Origin: Paraspadella gotoi
Taxonomy: Eukaryota; Animalia; Chaetognatha
Direction of reading: 5' to 3'
Length of the DNA: 64,000 nucleotides
Assembly: GCA_051294375.1 (NCBI GenBank)
Contig: CM119267.1
Span: 13,463,081 to 13,527,080 of the forward strand
The position numbers and the translations under genes were made by a program. Shown piece by piece: positions 53,184-64,000 of this stretch. The notes below the pieces were generated by a model. It did not search any database. It saw only the letters and a program-made list of their open reading frames with translations, and was not told the DNA's origin. Position 1 is the stretch's first letter, and each line of letters opens with the position of its first letter.

Positions 53184-54058
53184 AACAAAAATAAAATCGT
53201 TGTATCAAGACTTCGTCTTTAATTTTAAATATCTCAAAACACAACGAAAGAAAGTTTAATCACAATGTCTTTTTAATTAAAAATAAAAAAAACAAATACA
53301 TCAAACTTATTAAGAAAATGGGTTTATTTAATAAATTAAATATATTTATTAATAATATTTTTAATATTCATTAGCGATTTTGCATTTTGGCGATTTTGCT
53401 ATTGCGATATTGCATAGATAATAGTAATTTTGTAAATGAACTGAAACTAATGTTTTAGTTATAGCAATTTTACCAAAATTAGGTTCAGGGTTAAACATTT
53501 GAGGTAGTTATAATTCAGGTTAAATAAGTAAAAGTTAGCATTACGATCAACAAAATTGTTGTAGTTATACTTAACTGGAAAGTTAAAATTTTTAATTTAA
53601 ACTTTAAAAAAAACATTTTTTTCATTAAAAAATGTTTGTTAACATGGTTTGATCCTTTCTCTTTCGTTGTTTTTAGAGATTAAAAAAAAATTTTTAATGA
53701 ATTTGTTAACAACGATTTTATTTTCATAGTTGGTAACAAATTCATAAATTTTCTTTAACATTATTTGTCTTTTTTTAATTTAAAAATGCAATGAAAAAGT
53801 TCTACACAATATTTATAATTTAGACTTGTTAATAATTTGCAAATCAAGTGATTAATATTTAACAATAATATTATATAGTAAAATAGAATCTAAATGCATT
53901 TATGAATTAATTTAAATATATGAATCGGACTATAAAAGGTATATTTTCATGCTAAGTTTTTTATGCTTTTGAAGCTCTTCGATTAAAAAAAATATTATAT
54001 TCTCTTTAATGAATCTTTTATAAATCTTAACTTTCTTTTCCTTTTTTCCTTATGTCAA

Positions 54059-54100
54059 ACGCTGATGAAGGCTCAAAAATGTGAGCCGAAACATGTCCGT
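54059..54100 (+). ncRNA. Minimal type I hammerhead ribozyme
   Basis: acg-CTGATGA-A-GGCTCA-aaaatg-TGAGCC-GAAAC-at-GTC-cgt: intact core, 6-bp stem II, stem I acg/cgt, palindromic ACATGT stem III. Confidence 0.85.
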
Positions 54101-55554
54101 AATTTCAAATAAATTCGTTGTACCAATTTCAAAAACTTTTCATTTCTCTATATCCTCGTAACAACGAAAACGAAAGGTTTATCGCATCAAGCTTGAAATT
54201 AAAAATCGTCGTCTTAAATATATTTTTTTACATTTTTAACCAACTTTATGAAAGAATTTTTAAAAAAGAATTATACTCTCTTGTATCAACTTTTTGTAAG
54301 GAATTCAAATCCGATCTTAAAAATTAAAAAATTACATTTTGTAATTTTAGCCTATTAATATATATAGACTTATTACTTATAGACTTAGAAAAACAGATTT
54401 TTGCATTAAACAACAATTTTTTATTGACAGTTTGTTTGTCTTCCCCGATACTAAAACAACGAAAAGAAAGGATTATAACAATGTATACTTATTACATATT
54501 ATATATAAATATAGGTCACTGTGTCCACTAATGTATAAAATCAAAAATAAATTTTCATATGTTTTTTTTGTGTTTTTATGTTTTATGTATTAAATTTTAA
54601 TTTTTTAAAATTTTATCATTTCACATCACTCTAATAGACATTGGAGTATGTGTCTGAGCAATCAGAATGTTAAAAACTTTTTTACAACCACAATGACAGC
54701 AATTTTCATTTTATTGGTTTTCTCGTTAAAACTTATATAAAAGAAAAATTTTAGCTTTGAAAAATAATTGGAGAAAAATGAACCTTAAAATATATTAATA
54801 AAAAAAATTTATATACTCCCGAGACATTATATTAACTAATGTAAAAAAAATTAAAATTTTGTTTAAATTTTTTTTACAATGAGTTTAAAAAATTAAAAGA
54901 AGCTGAACAGCCGCTGCAGAGCTGAACTCGTCTATATATATAGAAATTGTTTTGTAAATAAAACAAACAAATGAGTGTAGGAATATGAAACGTGTAAATT
55001 TAAAAAATCTTGCTGATTAAAAGCTATATCTAAATTTTTAGCCACTTAGGAATCATTGATGTGATGATAAGGAATCATTGATGACAAAAGGTTTAAAAAT
55101 GCAATGAATCAATAAAACGAAATGAAATGAATAAAATAAATTTAATGAATGAATTTAATAAAATTTATTCATTTAAAATATAAAAAAAATTGAGATAAAT
55201 TACATTGGGTAAATAAATTTATTAATTAATTAAATTGAACTAATTTAATAAATTTAATTTCAAGAAATTAAAATTTCTATCATATACGCATGTTTTATGA
55301 ATGACTCATCGCATCAAGGAACGACTATCATCGCATCAATCATTTGGTTATCATTGCCTCAATTATTAGTTATTATCGTATCAATATTAATTATCATCGC
55401 ATCAATATTTAATTATTATAGCATCAATATTTAGTTTTCATCACATCAATAATTTATTATCATAGCATAATTACTATTACATCGATCAATTACTATTACA
55501 TTAATAAATTAACAAAGTTTGATTTCATTTTGCAACGAATTTTATTTTATAAGA

Positions 55555-55595
55555 GCAGACATGTTTCGGCTCACAATACGAGCCTTCATCAGCGC
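55555..55595 (-). ncRNA. Minimal type I hammerhead ribozyme in a solo PLE pLTR (about 55530-56020)
   Basis: Minus strand: gcg-CTGATGA-A-GGCTC-gtattgt-GAGCC-GAAAC-at-GTC-tgc. Confidence 0.82.
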
Positions 55596-55632
55596 ACATG
55601 AGTTATGAACTTGATACAAGTTTTTAGTTAAA

Positions 55633-55663
<31 letters not shown>

Positions 55664-55771
55664 GGTTAAAGGTTTCCAACAAAGAATTGAGTAAGGACAG
55701 TGATTAGTGGTGAGGACAGATTTTTAGAAGTGGCTAGTTTGAATAAGTTTTGAAAAGAAGTGAAAATTGGT

Positions 55772-55814
<43 letters not shown>

Positions 55815-56655
55815 TAAATAAATGATTTACATTTGAGCAATGTATAACATAGATAAAGATAATGGAAACTGTTTAATAACAAATTGAAATAAATTAATTT
55901 TTGAAATTGAAATTGAAAAGTTAAAAATTAAAATTGAGAAGTTGAAAATTTGAGATTTTAGAGAGATAGATAAGTAAAGATTGTAGTGAAATATAAGAAT
56001 TAAGAAAGAGCTCAAAATGAGGATAATTACCATGAATACATTAATAAAAAAATCAATTACTATTATATCAATCAATCAATTACTATTACATCAATCAATT
56101 ATGATTGCATTAATCAATCAATTAATATTACATTATTAATTCATCATCGCATCAATCATTCATTTTTTCACGGATTTTTTCATTAAATTTCTTTGATAGT
56201 AATGTCTGGCGAGATCACTATACTTTAAAGTTTTTTTAAAAATAAAATCAGAGAGAAAAAGAAGTCCAATCGCTGCAGAGCTCAACTCGTTTTTAGACAA
56301 ATCAGAAGAGGCAGCGACTGAGAAAAAGAGAGAGAGAACGACATATTAAAAAATATATATACTATATGCTAATTTGCCTATTACAGTTAGTCATAATTCG
56401 AAATTCGAACAAAAAATACTTAAATCCATATGAAACATGTAATTTTAAAAGATCTTGATGATGAGAAGCTATATCTAAATGTTTAGCTTCCTACTAATAC
56501 ACACTTTAATAATTTTCAATTGTAAACAATTGTAAAAAAGTGTGACCACGATGACACTAAGAAGCAATAGTTAAAAAAATTCTGCTCCATGTGACTTAAA
56601 AAGCTATTGTGGCGACGAAGGTTTCGCCACCATGGGGTCAACCCGAATTGGCCAC

Positions 56656-57235
56656 TAGAGTGGAGCACTCAAGAACAAAAAATTTATTTGAATGATCGAA
56701 CAATGATATTTAGATGTGAGATAGTATGATAGTAAAATATAATATATTTGTAGTAATATTCTTATAAAATAGTAAATTTTTAAAATAATTTTATAAAACT
56801 TTTAATAAAGATTCAGATTCTTCATAAAAAGTTGAATCAAAAATATAAAACATGTTATCAAAAATTATGTCATCTTCAATGTTTAAAATAAGAAAAATGG
56901 TAAAAATTCCTGACTTTTTTATTCTCTGTAGTAGAAACTTATATATGTTAAAACGTTTTAGTCATTTTTTGTGATCTAAACATTAAAATATCATATAACA
57001 TATTTTATAAAAGTCTCTTAGTTTTTTACAGCGAATCCCAATCAATTCTTAAAAATAAAAAAAAAATATTTTGAAATTTGATGATTTTATAAGGTTATTA
57101 CTACATAAATAATTCAATTTGCTATACTGTTATGCTAAAAAAATTTTTAAAAGGATTTAAAATTCATTAATTATATGTCCATAGGCAGCAAAAAAATAAT
57201 GTTCAATCACTCAATCTTTTCATCACTCCACCCTA
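56656..57235 (+). mobile_element. hAT-type MITE family 1 inserted in the 5' LTR
   Basis: Absent from the sister LTR at about 58930; 8-bp TSD with one mismatch. Confidence 0.85.
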
Positions 57236-57492
57236 TTGGCCAGTTTAGTGGTCGCAAAGGAAACCGGCTACTAATCTCATCTCTCTCTCTCTCTTTCCTT
57301 ACTTAACCGGTGCCTCTCTCTTTGTAGTTAGTCTTGCACGGTCTTGTACAATCTATATACATTTTACCAATACATGTGATTATGTACCACTACATAACTG
57401 GTGAGCCCGACGAGAACACGCGAAAATCCTGACCAAAACTACAGAGCATAAAATCAACTGTCACGAATTAAGACTAATATCTGAAACTAAGT

Positions 57493-58890
57493 ATGACTTG
57501 TCTATTTGTTTCCTCTGTGGAAGTCTACGACGCCCAAGGACCTAAAGAAAAATCTCTCTATAATGCAGTATTAAGAATCTTGAAAGAAGACAAAGCGCTG
57601 AAGTCCCTCGTATTCAACAGCTTCGACGAACGACCCGAATTTAGCTTAAAAGTTTCTAAAAAAATAAAGCTGACAAGGAACTGGCGTCCGGATTACCAAC
57701 GAGGAATCGATAAACTTAGTTATTACGTTTCAATCAGAAGAAATTAAAAAAATCTACAACGACAAAGTCATCTCCTTCGAATTCTCAGTTGCTGGAGGCA
57801 AATACAACGCCTTAGCGGCTGCACCCGCACCTGCAGCAATCGCGACACTGGTGATGGCGCCACCTCCTGGATGGGTCCTGACGAAAAGAAAGGATGCCTC
57901 CACTGCGACCAATGCTTTCACAACTGAAGACGCCTCCACCATTACAAACTTTATTTCCTTTGTCGACGCATCTACCTTAACACAATGTGGAGAAAGCTTA
58001 GACGCGTCATCTTCAACTGATCACTTCATTTTGGCTGACGCTGCCATCTCTACTCACGGTTCCTTTTTACATCGATTTAATCGGCATCGAGTGCACAAGA
58101 ATGAGATGTTCCGGGATATGTTTCCGGACCTTTGGGCTACACAAAAAAAGGGTAAACAAATTTTTCCTAATGAGTTTTTTTAGAAATTAATATTAAAATT
58201 AGCTATATAAAATCAATAAAGTAGAATAAAAAAAATTTAAAAATTGATGCCGCAAATACCAACGCCACCACGCAAACAGGCGTCAGTTATGTCACTCTTG
58301 AGGATGCGATGGAGGCCACTATTGACGTCCTTAACGCGGCGAGACTCTCGTCGCCGTCAATGGATGACAATCTTCACAAACAGATCGGCGTCGCTCTCAC
58401 GGCAATTCGTGCTGTACGACGCCTACTCAGGACGTCAAACCCGACGTTCAAATCGTCTTCACGAGTTGCAAAGGCGGCGATCCCTTTGCCTCAGTCAGCG
58501 CCGCTGCCTCTGTGGCTGGCACCGCCACCTTTGCAGCTTGCACCAATAAGTTTTCCCAGCCATATCCAACTTCTCAGCCGTTTACGCCTCCTTCCCGGGC
58601 ATTTCTACCTCCTTCCAAAATAGCGCCAGTTCCTCACATGCCAGTTGTCTCGCGTAGTAGGCCGGCAGCATCGTTTCAAAAGCCAGCCAATTTCCGACAA
58701 GCCCTGCCACCACCTCTGCCTCCGCGGCTAGCAACGAATCGACGTACTTACGCCGCCATTTGCGCGGTGTCACCCACAAGACATCAGCAACTGCCACCAA
58801 TAAAAAAATGCCAGTGTTCCTCTGCGCCATTTCCACGCCAAAGACCAAGCCCAGAAGAAAGTCCTTTGGACTTTTTCCGCGGGGCGGAGA
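57493..58890 (+). pseudogene. Disrupted ORF of unknown function inside the LTR element
   Basis: ORF pieces 57493-57747, about 57737-58054 and about 58244-58623 join through a frameshift and removal of an AT-rich insert (58055-58243, also present at about 61780-61970). Contains DASTxT repeats and a Pro-rich end. Confidence 0.6.
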
Positions 58891-59001
58891 TGTGGCGACA
58901 AAGGTTTCGCCACCATGGGGTCAACCCGAATTGGCCACTGTGTTTAGTGGTTGCAAAGGAAACCGGCTCCTAATCTCATATCTCTCTCTCTCCTTACTTA
59001 A

Positions 59002-60270
59002 GGCCTGGGATCACTCACCAAAAGTTATAAATAGGGTAATACAAAGCTAGGATTTGGAAAGTAGAGGTCCCGAAAATTCCGAAAATGTATTCGCTTTATT
59101 ATTTCTTCAAACCCGTTGATGTTTTTTCGAATTTTATATTACTATATAAAATAAAAGAAACCTATCGGAAGAGTTGCAGCCCAAACGGCGAAGCGGATTT
59201 GTATGAAATTTAACATAATTTTACTTGAGATGAAGGTCCCCAATTCTATAAGAGGGATTTTCCAAATTCACTTTTCTTCATAGGAAAAAAAAAGAATAAT
59301 GAAATTTTGGCATTAAAATCTAAATATCTTGAAAACGAATAACATTTTCCAAAATCCCTCTCACAGAATTTTTCCCACATTTCCATACTAACGAAAAATA
59401 TTTTTAGTTTATTTTTTTTTTCAAATGGTTTTTGCTCCAACTCTTTTTGTTTATTTATTTATTTTTTTTTTTTTCTGTAGATTTTACAGAACTGAAAGTC
59501 GAGCAAAGAACTTTAAAATCGACATGCTTTTGTAAAATCTATTTTCATTTCTAGTTTAAATGATGGCTTTACCTTCTCTGAAGTTTTATCCAATTTTTTT
59601 AATTTTTTTTTTAATTTAAAAAATGCTGTGATACTGAAACACGGACGGTGAACAAGGAGGAATGCTGCAAGGGGTTTACTTATTTTCATCTGTGGCAAAC
59701 GGTCAAGCTTTAAAGCCAGTTTTGAATGTGGGGAACAGAAACTAATTGGCAAGAGGAGAGCATAACGATTGTCCATTTGTGGAATCAGTGACCATCTATG
59801 GCACCATAGAGCGTTTCTATCTTAGAGGACCCAACTGCAGATGCCAATGGACAATTGTCTTTGACTTTTAAAAATTGTACAATTTTTGTAATACTCTTTT
59901 AGTAAAAAATGGTATTAAGCATGATTAAATATGTATTCTGCATTCTCTTTACATAAACGTTTATATTTTCATCATTAATTGATCCAGTTACATTATATGA
60001 ATGACTAGGTTTTAGGTACTAGTATTACACTGAGGTAGCTGATGTTAATTGAATAAAAAAAATTAAAATTCGCATTTAAAAATGACTTTACCGTCTTGAA
60101 TGAAATTTTTTAAGTTTACCGATAAAAAAAATTGCCCGATTTTTGGGTGGCTCTTGAAGCTGAACCTTAGTCCAGTTTTTTTATTTGAAACACGAAGGAA
60201 ATATACTTCTTTTGCATAAAGACAATTTGTATAAAGCTTTATACAATTCTTGTTTGAATGATCCCAGGCC
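59002..60270. mobile_element. Kolobok-type non-autonomous DNA transposon (single ends also at about 7353-7870 and 28280-28554)
   Basis: TTAA TSD verified against the uninterrupted 5' LTR; TIR GGCCTGGGATCA with purine-purine termini. Confidence 0.85.
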
Positions 60271-63200
60271 TTAACCGGTGCCTCTCTCTTTGTAGTTAGT
60301 CTTGCACGGTCTTGTACACTGAACGTCTATATACATTTTGCCAATACATGTGATTATGTACCACTACACTATAGCAATATTTTTATAATTTATGATATGT
60401 ACTTTTTAATACTTATTACAAAAACATTGTATTACAATACTAGTGAAATAATTTTTACACTTTTTCGTAGAAGCTACTTAACACAACACTAACACATACA
60501 ACTAAAATAAATTTAAATGATTAAATTATGACTAACTTATGTATTATTATTATTTAACGTTTTGTAATCTGCTCTATTTGAGCTTCTCTATTTAACTATC
60601 TTTCCTCCCATTTTAATTTCATAATATTAATAACATCTAATAAATTTGCATTTTCATTCATATTTGGATTTGCATTTAACAACTTCACTTCTTTATTGCA
60701 CTTTACAAATTTTTCAGAGATTATAATTATGTAATAATGTATGTAGTTTGTTGTACAAAATTTATTAAGTTAGTCGCATTAAAAAGAAAGGTTGTATGCC
60801 CGAAAAATTATTTTACAAAAATATATGGTTTAAAACTGGTGATTATTTCCCCATAATGATTAATGAAAGCGACGTTGCTTTTTGATCAAAGTAAGCAATT
60901 CCTCTGAATACCTGGTCGTCGCTTGTGACTCGCGATTGAGTTTTGGTGATAGTAGCTTCCAACGTATCGTCAAGAACGGTAAAAAGATAACTGCCACCTT
61001 GAATCGCACAAGGGCGTTCTTTCTTTGTGACAGATGAAGTCGATTTAGAATTCACCTTTGGAAACGTGGACAAAATCGAAGTCGAGGTTGAATGAATATA
61101 ACTACCGTTTCCATGAGCAAGGGGTTCTGATGATTGTTCAGACTCGGTGAACTGTGTATAAAGCACAAATTAAATTAAATTTTGAACCAAAAAAATCATA
61201 AAATTAATGATTGTCACATTCGGATAGCAAAAATACAAAATAATTCTAAGATAAACCATTGGCTGCGCCAATACATGTAAATCACTTTCAAGGGTTTAAA
61301 CTGAACAGTTACTGCGGCACTATATATATTTTGGTACTTGCATAAGCATTATCAAATAATAAAACAATGGTTAAGAGATCATGACAGAATGAACAAGGAA
61401 CGGTTATTCCAAGGTGTTGCGCCGAATTACAATTTACATGGTGACAATTTTACAAGCGCCGGTAGAAATACGCTGTCATTTGCAAACCAGTGGTTATTTC
61501 ATTGATTTTAAAAATTAGTTGAGTAGAAAATACTAAAACTATTTATGTGTTAAGTTAAGATATGCCTTGACAATGAGTAGAGAAAGTTGGCTTTTCAAAT
61601 CTGTTTTTATTTTCCAACTCACAGTTTTTAAATTCAATTTTTTTTTAAACAAAGTATTTATTAAAATATTAACAATATTAATATCCTCAGAAAGCCTTTA
61701 AAAATATGAAAAGAATGAAATACTTACGAAAGTTCTAACAGAAAAAGTAAGCTGCCCAACCTTGGTTCAATTAAGAGTGCACGGTTCCTTTTTACATCGA
61801 TTTAATCGGCATGGAGTGCACAAGAATGAGATATCCCGGGATACGTTTCCGAACCTTTGGGCTACACAAAAAAAGGGTAATCAAATTTTTCCTAATGACA
61901 GTTTTTTTATCAATTAATATTAAAATTAGCTATATAAAATCAATAAAGTAGAATACAAAAATTTAAAAAATGGTTTAATATTTTTTTTAAAATGAAAATA
62001 TTATGCATCATCCATAATCTATAAACAATTTCCTTTTGTTTGAGTCCATAACCATTAATCTATCTTTAATAGTTTATTTATAATTAATTTTATTTTTTTT
62101 CAAATAATTTAAATTAAAAAAAATTATAACTATGCCAATTGATTGAAGAATAATTTTATGAAATTGGTACAACCAATATAAAAATTATCCATTCATTTAA
62201 TAAATAAGCTATCTTGTCCCTGACTTTGGACGGGCTTTGGTGGTTTAAGGCCTCCATCATTCTTACAAGATAATGACATAGCAGGTCCCTGCAAGCTTTC
62301 AATCAAGACTCTTTCACAGTCTCGTTTATTCACTCCCAGAGTACCTGGCTTCTCTATCAATGAAGTGGAAAATAATTCAAAGAATGTTTCAATTGTATGA
62401 ATTATAAGGGACTTACCTACCTAATATAGGCCTTCAAATACATATTTTTTTTTTTTAGCATAAACATAATTTTTAATTAATTGTTCATGATGCTTTTAAT
62501 AGCTACTGGTCAGTTGTATCCTTCTCAATTATAATAATTTTATAACTTCTTTTATTTTTAGTAATACTGACTGCTATATTTACTTACTTTTGACAAAATC
62601 CAAAAATTACTGGTATTAAAAATTATGTATGAAACAGACAAAAACTTTTTTTTTATCCACATGCTATTTAATTTTTTGAACTGATATAATATTATCCTTG
62701 GACAAAATTTAAAAAGTTTTAAACAATCCCAACTAAACATTTTTAAGGTTGTCAAATGTATAAATATTTGATATTCGGACTGCTTTGTAGGTTTTAACTT
62801 AATGCAGTAGCCTCTTTTAATATGACAGAAAAGAAGTATATTTAACAGTTTTTTATTCGGAGTGGGCATCAAAGTTCTAATACATATTAACATCAGTATA
62901 TTTGTTAAGTATAGTAGATTCCTCTATAGATTTTTTAATTTTTGAAAACGTTTTACTCTTTTTCTATAATTTTTTTGACACGCAAAACGTTTTTTGGATT
63001 ACGCGAAAGAGAATGTAAAAAATTAAAAATAGATAGTACCATAGTTAGAGTTATGTCTAGAATAGATGAAAAAAAAAACCTTGTTTAAAAATTTGTTCGG
63101 GAAGTGGGGTAACTAAGGCTTACCAACGGTATCCTCCATGCTCGTCGTTCTCTCAAATAATTTTTTTTATTTAATACATTTGAAAAGGAAAAAAAGAAAA

Positions 63201-64000
63201 TTCAGAATGCAGGTGGCATAAAGGGTAGAGATAATCTGTACATAGTGACATGATAATAATGACCTTTTATGTTTTGCGTAATGGGGGCAGTAAAGAAACC
63301 TAAAAAATGCAATCATTAAGTCAGTCAATGAACCCTTTCCGCAAAATTTTTTTTCTTAATTAAAATGGATGATAAATAATAGAATTAAATTCCCTTTATA
63401 AAGGTTGTTATATTTAAAAGAAAATTAGCAATACAATTCAACACAATGATGTCTTGCTTTGTCAAATATGTCAGCAGTCAAGTAATTTTTTATAATTTTA
63501 TTATGATAAACAAGCAGTATATCAAGCTTTTTATTTGCAGTTGAAGATAATGAAAAATGATTATTTTTTTTTTTTTACAGACAAAAAGGTAGATGTCCAG
63601 ACTGTTTATATCAAGCTGAAAACATTTTTTTATTTATCATTTTTCATATTTAAAAAAACATTTTATCAAGCTACTACAAAATTTTTGCTTGTTTTTTACT
63701 TTAACTAAAAAATACAAGCAAATTTATACAGTACTACTGTAGAGAAAATTTAATGGTAATTAAAATGTAATTCAGACTTTCCTCTTTCAATTTACAAAAA
63801 AAAACAAAAAATTTTATATGCCTTCATTGAAATTTGTAATGCAAAAAACTGTTATACTTTTAACTTGTATTTAAATAAAAAGCTGTGTAAAGATTTAAGG
63901 ATAAAATCTAACAAAACTGTTCTACAAATGTATCCCATGATTAGGGCTTTAATTTGATACCACACCCACCTTGCTCCCTTTTTTTTTAAAAGATATTCAA

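Larger units (their letters stand above)
56608..60368 (+). mobile_element. Non-autonomous LTR retrotransposon (Gypsy-like termini) with cargo ORF
   Basis: TSD CTAT. LTRs TGTGG..CTACA at 56608-57394 and 58891-60368, each interrupted by a MITE. PBS TGGTGAGCCCGACGAGA (57399-57415) and PPT GGGGCGGAGA (58881-58890). No RT or integrase motifs. Confidence 0.9.

Overview
AT-rich, repeat-dense animal (metazoan) genomic DNA with one 25-N scaffold gap. There are three convincing host coding regions, each a single long coding exon: a Slp/Slac2/rabphilin-type Zn-finger Rab-effector-like ORF (17718-19913 +), an intronless GRK4/5/6-subfamily kinase (29512-31287 +) and a highly diverged FoxN-like forkhead protein (43897-44745 -). 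Most of the rest is nested mobile DNA. (1) One decayed Penelope-like element (GIY-YIG) and many short derivatives carry about 8 near-intact and several degenerate minimal type I hammerhead ribozymes with covarying stems; some derivatives are fold-back units with two inverted ribozymes. (2) Two families of short LTR-like units contain tRNA-like Pol III promoters; one is a complete 459-bp TRIM with PBS, PPT and 4-bp TSD. (3) A non-autonomous LTR element carries a non-gag/pol ORF with tandem TQT-like motifs. (4) Two LTRs appear to have integrated with copies of their primer tRNA. (5) At least four DINE-1/HINE-like Helentron families are nested in each other. (6) hAT, Kolobok, Merlin-like and Tc1/mariner-like MITEs have identifiable TSDs. 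All calls are by eye; no database searches or folding computations were run.
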